A DNA stretch of 64,000 nt from Syncephalis fuscata S228 (taxonomy: Eukaryota > Fungi > Zoopagomycota): the NCBI GenBank assembly GCA_025786725.1, contig JAHLTZ010000010.1, forward strand, positions 434,001 through 498,000, read 5' to 3'. The notes under the pieces were generated by a model that searched no databases, was not told the DNA's origin, and saw nothing but the letters and a program-made list of their open reading frames with translations. The number at the start of each line of letters is the position of its first letter. Positions within the stretch are counted from its first letter, which is position 1. This document shows positions 14,915 through 29,150 of this stretch, one piece after another. A program made the translations under genes and the position numbers.

Positions 14915-16089
14915 ACAAGCAACGACTTACAACTAAATAAAATAGTGAACAGCGCCAGAATTAAATTAGCATTAAAAGTGCTAAACAATAATAAAACTCG
15001 TTTAATTACAGTCCAAAGTTTTTAGTTTACTGATTTGTTTTGTAGTATCATGGCAGGTTAGGCGATTATGTTTTAAAATACAGTCATTGTTAGTGTTGAT
15101 ACAATCAAATGGCCTAGTACGTTTTTAGAAAATTTATTGTTAAGATTAGTTATCAGTATTAGCGTAAAATCAATTATTTGCTTGTCTAATGAATCTGACA
15201 TGCTGTAAGCATTTGGTTTAGACAAGTATTTAAAACCATCATAAACTTAATAACTCTGTATTCGACTCATTACCTTTTAGTAATTAAAATCAATTTAGAA
15301 TAGCAATTGGTTATCATTTATAAATAGGTATCGCAAGTAATTAATAATAGTTTATATATATATATATATATAAACTTGGCCATTTAATGTAGATACTAAT
15401 AATGCCGCAAAATAGAATTTATTAAAATATATGCAACTATGTTGTAAATAGTAATACAAATAGATTAGCGTTACACCTCTGATTTTAAAGGCTTTAGCCT
15501 AGATGCTCAAGCACAAATTATACTGATATTACCCTATTATTATTAATGTGAAATAAAGCAAGTTAGATATTAGTGCGATAACAATAATAGAATAAATAAA
15601 TTAGCTAAATAAACAGCTGACACCATTGTCAAAACGAATATTGTAAGTTTTGGTTGTATGATATTGTTATTAGTTAGATTACTTGTATGTATTTGTGTAT
15701 TTCAATATATTCTGATTTCATCATTGTCTGTTAGCTTATATGTAATCACAATACTGACTCACTATTAATATTTAATGCAAAAAGTGAAATCTGAACTATA
15801 AAGCCTTAATAATCAATATAAGAATCATGTTTATTGAATAACAAATAGTAATAATAGTAATTTTATTTTAACAAATTGTGTTTTATCAATTTATTTTCAA
15901 TTACACATTGTCTTTTAAATTGAGTAATATATATCATTATGATTGTGGTTTATTAGCATCAGCTTTAATAATTCGAAGCAATATTTGCCACTAAATGTTA
16001 CAGAATTATTATTATATTAAGCGGAAATTGGTTGGCATTTTTAAAATGTAATAAATATATTAATGAATTTTAGTATGCAATACTTTTTT

Positions 16090-19000
16090 ATTACATTTAA
16101 TACTCAGAATACTGTGTTGCATATTTTTGTAATTAATGAAATAATTATTAATGGATATATCGATCACTACTATATTTGGTTGTTTCACTGGTCTGTGTTC
16201 ATGCGACAATAATAATGGACAAGAAAATAAACTCATAAATACAGTGATAATAATGTATTTGTATTTTGTTGCAATGTCATTGTCATATTCCAATAGTGTC
16301 CAATATCGTTTATTTAATAAATATGCAGATCTCTGGCTGCACTGAATGGACTCATTTAGTTTGTACAATCTCTAAGGAAAATGGCAAAGTTTTGTATTAC
16401 TTGGCTCGTATATATTCATTCAGTCCAAAGTCGGTGTAACCAACAAATACGTAATGGCATGCGTTTGATGACGCGTACATTCCTAGTATATACAATATCA
16501 TATTTGTACTATTTAACTGGTATTTAGTTGATTTTGCTATCACACTTCTAGTATTGCTTTTATTTCTGCTTCTATAACAACAGGTAAGTACGCTGGATTT
16601 ATGTTACTTGTAAACTAACTGTTGTGTACCAAAAATATTGCAGCGTAATTATTGCACAAACAACATGTAAGTAGTACTGTTTTATTGAGTTCCAATTTAT
16701 TTATTGATGTTACGGCTGCAGGTTTATATTTGAGGCGTTCCCGATAGCGGGTGTAGTGCTATCGGTATTTATTTTGGCAATAGGCCGTCTAAACATATGT
16801 AAATACGACAGCACCACATACCATCGTATTCCTAGCAAACCGCTGCAAGATGACTGCACATTGAGCGACGACGACGATGATGATAATGACCAACACGAGC
16901 CATCTGAAGAAGAAGAGCGGAAACTGATGTTTTTTGAAACACGCAACAACACAAGCAATACAAACAAAGACCGACTTGATTATGCTGCAGCCATCAGACA
17001 TTTGGTCAAACGCAATAACATCGATGCAAACATCACCAAAATGGTCGGTAGCATGATTGCATTGTCCGCCTCGCTCTGGGGTGTGCTGTGGCAGCTTTCA
17101 CGCCGATCACACAACCATCGGATGGCGCTTTACTTTCCGGCTAGCAATACAATTGTATGGGTAAGTAGTACGTCGATTTACGGTTGAAAGCCGCTCATGT
17201 TTGCCAGCTATACATTACCGTGCTGTCAGTCATGAATCTAAGACGTGACAAATCGGCAAGAATCAAGTGTGGGACGCACCAGACATTGCTGATTGCTATT
17301 GCTTATTGCAGTGGATGCGCCGATATGATTGCACGATACACGTATGGCGTGCTTGAATTCTACATTCGCGAGACTCAGTTTGCACTCGCAATATTTGTTG
17401 GAGCGCAGATTGCAGCCATTGGCTATTTGTGACACGCGGGTCGTCGGAGGTAACAGTCAGTGGGCGAGTAAAAACACTCGAAATGAGCGCATCACTGTAT
17501 GAATGGATGTCGTTTAGTTGGATGTCGCCGATTATGGCCAATGGAGCCAAGAAAACGTTAAGCAATAATGATTTGTGGGAGTTGCCACAAAAGGACCAAG
17601 CGACAGTTATTACAAAGAAATACGATTTGTATAGGTTGGTGGCGTGCATTTGCTGTATTTAAAGCTAATTGTATATCAATAATAGGCCAGATATGTCATT
17701 TGGATCATACAAGTTATTTATGACATGCAAGAAGCAAATAGCAATACAGCTAACATATGGTTTATTATGGAGCATTACTATGTTTGCAACACCAGCATTT
17801 TTCTACTTTTTATTGGATGATCTTAACAATGCACATAAGCATGAGTCGCATGCCTGGCTATATTTGACTGGACTAATTGCTAGTATGATTGTATCAAGCA
17901 TATGTAATCAACTGGGCAATATGACTGGATTACATACAGCAATCCAATTCAAAACAATTATTTCAAATGAGATTTTTAAAATGTGTCTTAAGCGACGTAT
18001 ACCAATTGCGAAAAACACTAATTCAACTACATCTGACACTGAAAAATCTACCGGAGCACCAAGTAAATTGACAAAAAAGGATTTGAAGCCATCCACAGAG
18101 TGGGATAGTGGTGCGGTAGCAAGTTTGCTAAATGCTGATGTAGTTATCCTTGGAGAAGTAATGTCATTATTACACTTTTTCTTTGGATGCATTGTTCAAG
18201 TCATAATTGCATTTTCATTGCTTTGGTATATAACAGGCGCTGCCTCTTTGTTTGGATTATTTGCTTTGATTATTGTATGTATATTTATAAGTAGGAATGC
18301 CGCAAAAAGTCCTAAGTGTGTTATGGATTACCGAGAAACATGTGGAAAGCGATTATCAGCTATAAGTGAAGTAAGTATGTTATTATTAAGGTTGCCACTG
18401 TTGTTAATTTGTTTTAGATGCTACAATCACTGCGTATTATTAAACTATTTGCTTGGGAGCAACAATTTTGTGCACGTGTAGATGAAGCGCGAGAAAAAGA
18501 ACTAAGCGCAATTTGGAAATATTTTATTAATGTTACCACACATGCAGTAGCAAGTGTTGTTAGCCCAATCATTGTTACTGTTGCTACATTGGGTACATAT
18601 ACAATGTTGTTTAAAAATACGCTTACTTCAACAACTGCCTTTACATCTATTGTTTTACTTGAATCTTTAAAAACATCTATGAACCAGTGGTCTGCCGCAA
18701 TTTATTATTATTTCCAATATCGTGTTATTATACAACGTATCACGTCATTTTTATTACAGCCAGTTCTACCATCGGATGCTTTAAACAATTTTACAAATAA
18801 CAATCATCCAGAACGTATTGGTTTCGTCAATGCCGAATTCCATTGGAATCTAGCTGATAATAATGATAGCTCGTCTAGTAGCAGTAACGACTCATCAGCA
18901 TCCTACTTTAGTCTTACTGGACTAAATGTTGAATTTATTGTCGGTGAGCTCAACATAATTGCCGGTCCAACAGGCTGCGGCAAATCGTCGTTGCTCTTAG

Positions 19001-21888
19001 CCTTACTTGGCGGTAAGTGAACTAACACATTATATATTGGTATACTAACCATTTACAGAAATGCCACATGTACACGGCAAAGCATTCCTTCCAACTACTA
19101 AACGCCATACAAATACACTGGGTGTATCATGCAGCGACATTGGATATGTGGCACAGCAACCATGGCTACAAAATCTGACAATTCGTGAAAACATTTTATT
19201 TGGCCAGCCGTATGATGAGCAACGGTATCACCAGGTTCTGTATGCGTGTGCATTGGAGCGTGATCTCGAAATACTTGATGCCGGCGATCGCACACAAATT
19301 GGCGAAAAAGGCATTACACTTTCAGGTGGCCAAAAGCAGCGACTTGCCTTGGCGCGTGCTGTTATGGCCCATACCAACATCTTTTGTTGGATGACTGTCT
19401 TTCGGCAGTTGATTCGCACACCGCACGACACATCGTGCAAAATTGCTTGTCTGGTCCGTTAACAGCAGGACGTACTCGAATACTTGTCACCCATCATGTG
19501 GATTTGTGTGCATCTATTGCCCAATATGCTGTTTGATGAATAATGGACAGGTCGTTGCCACTGGTATGCCATCAGTTGCTTTAGCTTCGCTGTTAATGAC
19601 AAGCGAGAGTGATTCTGACCGGGATGAAGTCAATGACTCTTCTAATGCCAAGCCAAAGCATGATGCGCAAAACGACACACTATTCGGCTCTGATGAAGAA
19701 ACAGCAGCTATACGCACAGACGGTGTTTTAATAGAAGACGAATCTTATAATAGTGGTGCCATTGATGGCAATGTATATAAAACATATATCAAGGCGGCAG
19801 GCTATCAGTTCTGGATTTTAACAATCGCAGCTTACTTGATATTACAGCTATTAATTATCGGTCAAGCATACTGGCTAGTCATTTGGACACGCAACTCGGC
19901 CCCAGAAACAAATGGCAAATATGTTCGCACTTATTTGTGGATCACACTAGTAATATTGTTATTTGCTGCAGTGCCAACTTTAAGTTTATTTGCAACTGGG
20001 CTTCGCAGCTCTCGTAAAATATTCAGAACCATGTTACATACTGTAGCATATGCATCAATTCGTTTTTTGGATAAAACACCAGTGGGACGATTGATTAATC
20101 GTTTTAGTGGCGATATAAATGATTTGACCAGACTATATCACTTGCACTTCAACATGTATTTGCTTATACAAGCCAAATAATATTCCAACTATTAATTGTG
20201 TGCTTTGCAGTACCAAAGTTTATTATTGCAAGTATTTTAGTTTGTAAGTTATAATTATGTACATTAATGTAATATTGATAACTAATCATGCTATTTAGTC
20301 GTTGCATATTTTATGCTAGTGAGCTATTATGTTAAAGCCAATCGCAATTTCAAACGACTTGAAGCTGTCAATAAATCTCCGCTGCTATCACTATGTGCAG
20401 ATACAACCAGGTAAGCCAAGTGTGATTACTATTATAAATTTGTATTAACATTATACAGTGGTATCGCCACAATTCGTGCATTTGGTATGCAGAAATTGTT
20501 TTTTGATGAGAATCTGTATTATATCAACGTAATGCAACGACCAGCATATCTACAAGCTGGAGCCAGCCAGTGGATCACTTGTCGTATTCAAGCCATTTCA
20601 GTACTATTTACGCTTCTTGCAACATCAACATTTATTTGGAATCGAGACTATATAAGTGCCAACATTGCAGGATTTGCACTTAGTTATGCACTCGGATTTT
20701 TGAACTCTGCAGCAGTAAGTATACATTTATTAGTAGTAGTAGTTAACACTGTTGTTTGATAGGTCATGGTCCAGCGGTATACTAAAGTCGACGTTGCTAT
20801 GAATAGTGTCGAGCGCATTTGTGAATACTTGAAACTCGAACAGGAACCACCAGCTATTATTGAACACAATCGCCCACCTAGCAATGTATGTTATTAATCC
20901 AACTACTCGCAATATAATACTAACAAATATTCAGTGGCCTGAACATGGCAGAATTGACGTACAAAACATTTCAATTCGCTATGCCATTGACCAAAGCCCA
21001 GTTATACGGGACCTATCGTTTTCGGTCAATCCCGGTGAGCGTATCGGCATTGTAGGCCGAACAGGTAATTAGCATGCCGGTCAGTGCATACCAATTGTTA
21101 ATAGCAACTGCATATTAGGTGCTGGCAAATCAACACTATCGGTAGCATTCTTCCGATTTGTGGAAGCCTATGCTGGTCAAATTCTTATTGATGACGTCGA
21201 CATTAGTAACATTGGATTAAAGGATTTACGATCACGCTTGACAATCATTCCACAAGACCCGGTGCTATTCAGCGGCACAATCCGCAGTAATTTGGATCCA
21301 TTTACAATGCATGATGACGCGGCACTATGGAATGCATTGCGCCGTACGCATCTAATCGACGAAGACATTAATGCCGAGAAACCTGTTGGTCTAGAACATT
21401 TGGATGCGCCAGTGGCTGAAAATGGATCGAATTTCAGTCATGGTCAGCGTCAGTTGTTGTCAATGGCACGTGCATTGCTGCGCAATAGTCGGGTAAGCAA
21501 CATGCTATTAAGCAGCAATTTATTATACATCAGCTAAACATACGCACAGGTTATTATTATGGACGAAGCCACGGCATCGGTCGATTTTGAAACAGATGCT
21601 AAAATACAACAGACAATCCGTCAAGAATTTACCAACTCTACACTGTTGTGTATTGCGCATCGACTTCGCACCATTATCGACTATGACCGTGTAATGGTAC
21701 TTGGTATGTAGTTACTGTAAACAGCAGCAATAATGTTTATTATACTAATTAAATAATAGATACCGGACGTCTAGTGGAATTTGACAAGCCAAGTGTGCTT
21801 ATCAATCGACCGGACAGTCTATTCCGTAATTTGTGTGAACGTTCTGGTGAATTGGATATACTGCTAACTATGAGCCAGAGCAATACAT
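16090..21888 (+). repeat. Left arm of a ~5.8 kb inverted duplication (partner 29168-34964)
   Basis: Reverse-complement identity including introns and ~300 bp upstream, except a diverged block at ~18008-18699. Confidence 0.93.
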
Positions 21889-21905
21889 TTGCCTTAATAA
21901 ACTAA
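16381..21905 (+). CDS. ABCC/MRP-family full-size ABC transporter (Ybt1/Vmr1-like), copy A
   Basis: L0 motif [13 protein letters not shown]; NBD1 [21 protein letters not shown]; TMD2 [15 protein letters not shown]; NBD2 [25 protein letters not shown]. Start approximate. About four single-base deletions relative to copy B. Confidence 0.9.
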
Positions 21906-21964
21906 GACTTGTTCTTTTTTGTTTCTAAGCTGCCTTTATTCCAATAACAACATATTTTTACAAT

Positions 21965-22677
21965 ATGCATTTTGCTTTTCGTCTTTTTATTTACTTTTCT
22001 GTATTCGCTGCACTAGTGCTTACACTTCGGCATTTAACTAGCTCATCTAAAGAATCTTTACCTTATGAAAGAACTCCGCATTCTAAAGCTGACCGGGCTG
22101 TATACAATGCATATAGCACAAATAAAGGTTCGGTACCAAATATGCGTATCGAGAAGTCTGACGGGCATTCTGTGTTTGATATGATGCCTATGCAAGAGTT
22201 AACGACTGAGAAAGAAGTAGATTTCCTCATTCAGTTACATCCTGTACTGGTAAGTGACAGCTTGCTAATGTTAATATGAGCGCTAAGGGCAGCTACTATA
22301 GTTGTTCAGCAAAACCTTTTGTCCGTAAGTATAATTAGGACCTGACCATAATTTATTATTAAGCAGCATCCAGTTATTCGACGCGTGCCAAAAATGTACT
22401 TAACCGTTACAAGTCCATGTCACCCAGATATCACGTAATCGAAGTGGATTTACGACGTAAGTAATAGTGTATAACTTTATTTATTAGATAAATTCAATTA
22501 TATTTTACAGCGGACGCTGCAGATATTAAGGCATATCTTACCAAAAAGACAGGCCGCTCCACATTCCCCAATGTATTCATTGACCGTAGATCAGTGGGAG
22601 GAGGCGATGAATTAGCCGCTATGGATGTAGAAGGGAAACTGGAGAGATTGCTACGTCAACTTGAGCTTATTCAATAA
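21965..22677 (+). CDS. Monothiol glutaredoxin with N-terminal membrane anchor (Grx6/7-like)
   Basis: Hydrophobic N-terminus; spliced LFSKTFCP|YSTRAK (CPYS); TGRSTFPNVFI..GGGDEL. Confidence 0.85.
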
Positions 22678-22982
22678 ATACGAACAATTATTACGTAGCA
22701 GTAATGTAATAGAGTTGTTAAATTTAATATGCTAATGGAAAATGGTTGTATGAAGCGTATGAATAGCATTAAAGTATTATATCAAACATAGTGCTTATTT
22801 ATTATTAATACTTTAAAGCATTAGTACTGTGTTCTATTTATATTTTATTCGGCTAGTATGCTAATTTATAACTACACTACATAGCCAAATGGTACATCAT
22901 TTAGTATTTAGTAATAAAGCAACAACATAGTTTTTAAAGATAGACATATCAACAACGCTTTATTGAACAATAGTAATTGCAC

Positions 22983-25289
22983 TTATTCTTCATCATCTTC
23001 ATCGCGAGAACCAAGAATATCGCCACTTTTCAATGGAATGGCTACACGATCGTCGTCTTCATCGTCGGTACGTGGTCCGAGATCTAGCTCACCCATTTGG
23101 TAGGCGAGTGGGTCATCCGTACCACGTACTCGTGGACTACCGGGCACCGATACTGGCTTGGGTACTTTGCGCAACTCCTCGACCGCAACTGCCTCCTCTT
23201 GATCATCATGGAAGCTGTCGGGATAGGCGCGGCGAAGGGCCAGTTGGCGCGCTTTAACATACTCCAGCCCCATACGTTTCCAGTCAAGTAAATCGGAAAG
23301 TCGCTCTGTACGATTACGTTGGTTAATACGCTGACGACGGGTCTTTTGACAAAAATCAAACATTTGACCCGCTAGCTGGTCCATGGATTCGTGAGCTGAC
23401 TTCAAACGACGATCGACAATGTAGATGCCATAATCTTGTGGATTTTCAATATTATCTTCCATGAAACATCCAAAACCAGATAAATTTGTCGTAACTGAAG
23501 GCACACCCATGACGGTGCATTCAGCTGGTGTATAGCCCCTAATAAATTGTGTTAGTTAGAGCTGTCATAGATATATTGTACATTAGTGGTCCATACCATG
23601 GTTCATAATAACTTGGAAAGACGCCTAAATGGCAGCCACGTACAAATTCTTCATAGTCAAGACTGAGAACTGGATTGTTTGCATTAAGGAACTCGGGATG
23701 GAATACAACTTTAACTCGATCCGATGAATGGTTGAATAGATGAAGATTGCGTAGTTGATTCAATACTGGATCTTTACCGTCATCGGTCATATTATGCGTC
23801 ACAATAGCTGGTAGCGTATTACGCTTGAGTGCAAAAATACGGCGTTTGAGCAGCACCTTTTCTTCTTCACTTAGCAAATCGGTACCTGATGGCTCTATAC
23901 CACGAGCAGCCTGTTCAAAGAGTCGCTTGCCAATCTTTTCTTGAATTTCAGCCACAGTATCCTGTAGTTGTTTAATTACGGCGTGGCCTTTTAGCGTTTC
24001 TACAGTAAAGGAATGTGTAGGCGCTGGTGTAATAATATACGCTACAACTGTTACTTTGGACTTGGTTTCCTTCAATCGATGGTTTAATCCTATTCAAATA
24101 GTTTGATTAATAAAAGCTGCTATATCTTGTATCCTCGCGCTACTTACTTGCCAACGATTCAAGATACATATCAATACCCTTGTTACTATACTCATAACGA
24201 CCAGCTGTGAAGAAATAAAGTGTGTTATCTAAATCAAAATCGTAATGTCTATTGGGTTACGTTAGTAATTTATCGCTATATTCAACTAATCAGTTAAATA
24301 ATTACCCGTAGAAATGGCCTCGAACAAAATCGTTGATTTTCTCCTTGGCAATAGCGTGTAGATTTTGGAATTCGTGCACAGCACTGAATTTCACCACATT
24401 CAAGCCATTTGGCAATACACCATCTGGCTTGCGTTTAAGCAGGTGTTCGGCCTCATAGGCCGTAATATGACTGACTGTAGTGAATACATCAGCACAGTGT
24501 GAAGCAGCTCGCTCCAGACAGTAACGGTGGTAAATGCCTCGTTTACCAGCCTCGTGATCTACATCAAAATTACGTAGATTATTGTAGAAATCAACGCTGC
24601 CAGCACACAAATAACGACCAAGCAATGTAGCATGTGTCGTGAATATCGTACAGACATCGAGCTGGCGCTTTCGAGCCAACACTAGGCCGACACCAGCTAG
24701 CCATTCGTGGAAATGGGCAATAATAGCAGTATCTTTCTCACGTTTTATTACCTAAATAAATAATAGGTTATATTAATTAATTATTATCTATCTATTTATT
24801 TAACTTACCTCTTCAATAAACCAAACAACCATATAACCAAGTAAAATGGCATCATTTGTTTCTCGGTCATCAGCCGGTGCAGGAATGCCAGCAATGCTCC
24901 ACAAATCTGCTTTCCATTCATTTAAGCGATTGGCTACACTGCCAATATCAAAAAGAAGTACTCGCGGTGCACCTTCAATGAGCCATCGTCCATAAAGAGT
25001 ACGGACACCAGCTGCCTGCATTAAATCCAATGCTTCACGTATCGCCGGCGATGTAGGCGTAAGCTGTTCAACCTCAACCGGCGCTGTACGGTTATTAAGT
25101 GGTCCAATCATGGTATAGCGATCGCCAAACTCCTGTGAGGTGATGGGCGCCTTGGTACGCAATACCGTATAGATACCGCCCACTGCAGTGACGTCTAAGC
25201 AACATATATCCTACTACATCTTACTTACCCTTATTGGCCACCTCCCAGGCGATTTCAAATAACAATGGCTTGGAAACGTCACGAGGCAT
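22983..25289 (-). CDS. GSY1: Glycogen synthase (GT3)
   Basis: [12 protein letters not shown]|[54 protein letters not shown]-terminal SVPGSP phospho-site. Confidence 0.96.
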
Positions 25290-26668
25290 CTTGTCGTTGT
25301 TTTTTAACGTAATAAGGCACACGCGTAAAGAAGAAGATGCAATGAACTAAAGAAGAGAAACGCAGCTGTTGCAGTTAGCACAGGCAAGTCGAACTGAAAC
25401 CGTTGGTTTAACACTTACTTGACGCGACCTTCACGTAAATAGCCACACCGTAGTTTTCAACAACAACAACCGGAAAGCAAGAAGAATAAAGAGAAAAGCT
25501 TATCGGTCAACAGTCGTAATAAAGCTATTTGACAGCATAGGCGAGTACATCACTCAATGAGCGATAAGCACTGTGTTGTGTGTGGGGGATGCCAATGTTA
25601 CACGGTTCAGGTTGCCTCATTAGGCGAATAGAGGCGATAATGGTTATCAGTAGACGGATTTTGTTAAAAAATTTTCATATTCATTCGATAAACGACGAAA
25701 GAAAAGCGATATGTTTTATCGTTATCGATTAGATGATTATCTGTAGCGTTATCGGAAGATAGGTTTAGTAAAACACGGTCAAAGTCTATCAGGCAATACA
25801 AATGGCTAGCTGCTGATAGTCATAAAAGTCACAAGTCATTTCAGAATACTAACTCGCTAACAGATTAATAAGACTAATACTGTAACACTATAGTAATAAC
25901 ACTATAATACTATAATATTATTAATAATAAAAGTACATTTCCACTCAGTTTATATGCTTTGCGTATTTCAAAATACATGTTATTTTAATCATAATGACGA
26001 TATTGCAAATATGTTTGGCAACTTTGGGCTTAACTTACGTACGTATGATTATAATGACGTATGCCAGTAGCGTAAGTGATTTGCAGTGCTGAGCCAAACC
26101 AGCAATATTTATTTACCTTTAATTTCCATAACAAATGATAGACTGACATCATGATTTTGTCATAGTTCAATCAATAAACATGTCCAAATAACAAGTATTA
26201 TGTGTCATCTGATCCATGAGGATTTTATTAACCGTTAGATAACTTTTAATCACGTTAACATACGGCAATGCCAAGGTGTTGTTTAGTAGATACGTTCTAG
26301 TACATTTGCTTAATAATTACAATAAAATATGTTTCAAATACTATGATACAACCATTGCCTACAGATATTACAGTCTAGCTTTATTAGTAGCATTTGCCAC
26401 AAACTTATGCATATGTCTTTATCTGGTGGATGAGTAGCTTCATGCGCAAGCCATCGATAACGCTACTTCACATAGTAATCCAATAGACGGCGTCGAAGCT
26501 GAACAACCATCCGATGGTAACCAGCAGATAATTGTCACAGAAAGGTTTGGCCTATGGCTATCGTCATTTGGCCTCTTCTTCTCTTTCTCATCTTCTTAAA
26601 CAAGTGCTCGCAGTTGGTTAGGCGGCCGTGGTTGCTTGCCAATTAGTTTTGTTTTTAGTTTTTTCGTT

Positions 26669-28635
26669 ATGTCTATTACCAAATCCGAAAAGCATTTGCT
26701 AGGTCAGTCACTTGCTGCTAGCGAGGTAAAGCAGCATACCAATGCACGCAAGCTATGGCTATTTCCCACTCTCGCGACCAGCTTGACCCTGGCCGCCGTT
26801 TTGACGTATACGGTTGTTGAAGACCAGGCGGCATTCAACTCGCCTCGTCATTTAAAAGCTTTAAACTATGGCTATGACGAGCCACCGACCCCGTTATATG
26901 GACGGTTTCTCCATTTAACAGATATGCATCCTGACCACCATTACAAGGAAGGCAATAAGGTTAAATATCAATGTCATCGGTCACAAAAAGAATCGCCTCC
27001 TACGATTACTAGTGAGGAGGAGCGCGTAGAAAGACGTGATAGTTGGTATGAGATTAATTTACAAGCCATGCCATCATCTACCGACACGCCGCCTTAACGG
27101 TATCTGCTCATGAAGCATCGCCACAGGATGAAGAGGACACAACGATGCCCAAGTCATTTCCACGACCACCTCGCTATAAAATGGGTGATGCTAAGCCACT
27201 AGGCATGCCACTTACCAAGTGTGATAGCCCGTGGTCATTAATCAATGGCACGGTGGATTGGCTACTAAAACATGTAGTTGGTCATCGAAAGGGCCATGAA
27301 GATCACGGTAAAGAACATTTAGGTGTCGACTTTATTATATGTACAGGTGATAATGCACGGTAAGCTTTCTACATAAGTACTGTATTATTTTTGATCTTTG
27401 AAACTATTTAATATTAGACACGACTCTGATACAAAGATACCTCGTTCATTGGATCACATTATGACGGCCAATTCTAAAGTGGCGACAATGCTTGATGAGC
27501 GTCTCTCTCATGTGCCAATAGTATTTACTATCGGTAATAATGATGTTTATCCACATAATGTGATGGAAAGAGGACCAAATTATATTTTACGTGGTTTATT
27601 AAATATCTGGAAAGCATTTATACCCGAAAATCAAGTGCATGTCTTTTTAGAAGGTAAGCAATTGGCTGTTGTATGTTTCATTTAACTTATGGTAAATATG
27701 TGTGTCAATTAGGTGGTTATTTTATTAAAGAAGTGGTGCCCGATCAAATGACGGTCATTTCTCTTAATACAATCTACTTCTTCCGATCCAATCCAGTAGT
27801 CGATGGCTGTATGTCAGATGAAGATCCGGGATCTATGCAATTATTATGGCTAGAACAGCGATTGGAAGAACTAGCTGATCGTAAAATGACCACTTATATT
27901 ATTGGCCATGTATCCCCATCTCCCCTTTTATATCATCCTCAATGTTTACGACGCTATTCACAAATTGTACGTCGATGGGGTGGATTTGCTAATCAAGATA
28001 CATCGTTGAATAAGACTCGCCATCATCGTCTTCGCGATCAAGATAAACCTGTTGTGGTGATAGGCCAGTTCTTTGGTCACTCTAACGTCGATCATTTCTA
28101 TTTCCTTGAAGAAGAGCCAGATTTTGGTCGAAAAGATAGCAAGATGGACAAAAACTGGTCATCGAAAGATTCGCTAATGATTACGGGAGCGGATTCGGAT
28201 GATTATCTGTCCAGACTATTTAGTCAGTACAAACGGGCGGGTAAAAAAGGCGCACTCGGTCCTGTAGTTCAAGTGGCACCCTCTATTATTCCTACGTATA
28301 ATCCATCGTTGCGGGTCATGACCTATGCTATGCCAAAGAATGAAAATGAGTATGCTGACTACTCGTTTGGTCAGCCCATTGATTATACACAGTACTATTT
28401 CGATTTATTGAATATCAACGGTCATCCAACACCCGATAGAAAGATGAAATCACGAATTCGTAACAATGACGATGGTGTACCTGTTACCTACGCAATTGAA
28501 TATGAAGCTCGCCAAACATATAATCTTTCTTCCCTTGTTCCATCCGAGCTTGCTCACTTGGCTGGCCGTATCTACGCGAATGATACACTTCGTCATGAGT
28601 ACATGCGTCGCTATTTCGTTAGCACTATTGAATGA
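26669..28635 (+). CDS. PPN1: Vacuolar endopolyphosphatase (calcineurin-like metallophosphoesterase)
   Basis: N-terminal TM; GRFLHLTDMHPD, CDSP, TGDNAR|HDSD, IGNNDVYPHN, GHVSP, FFGHSNVDHF, PSIIPTYNPSLR. Apparent frameshift near 27050-27140. Confidence 0.88.
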
Positions 28636-29150
28636 TTGATGAAAGACAGCTATGATAATTGTGTGCGTTTGTGGATATCTTTAGTGTATATAAATACTGG
28701 TTGAATCTACTTTTTAGTTTTTATGATGATTCTATTGGATAAATAATATACTTTTACGCTTGTTATAATGTTACGTATTAATTTGATATTTTATTTATGA
28801 CACTGTTTCCTAATGCCACATTGATTGCATCACTATGCTAAATTTTGGCCAAAAAAAGTGTGCTAATGAACGTGTAATAATGAATTTAATTATATTGTTT
28901 ACATAAACTATATCATAATTAAAGAATCTCATTTTATATAAATAAAAGCGTAGTGCGCAGTGTAAAAGATAAAAACTTTTAGAGTTATAGCTTACTGTTA
29001 TATCTATAGCATAAATGGAACAATAAAACCAAAAGGCGCCGATTCAAGCACTCGATAGTTATATTGGATTAAGTAGCTGGCAACTGCCATATATTAAAAT
29101 GAAAAGTTGGTAGTAATTGTGATAAAAGTATGATATTATAGTCAGTATAC

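Larger units (their letters stand above)
9145..15771. repeat. Long palindrome: inverted arms 9145-12388 and 12522-15771 with a 133-bp spacer
   Basis: Arm ends and internal segments match as reverse complements, and the ORF track gives identical mirrored ORFs. Only scattered 1-bp indels and substitutions were seen. Confidence 0.95.

Noticed and set aside
9145-15771. Transposon with long terminal inverted repeats (foldback/Mutator)
   Set aside because: No transposase, no internal subrepeats, and no target-site duplication evident at 9144/15772
22983-28635. Glycogen synthase and PPN1 as a divergent storage-polymer cluster
   Set aside because: Adjacency alone; no shared motif identified in the 1.4 kb spacer
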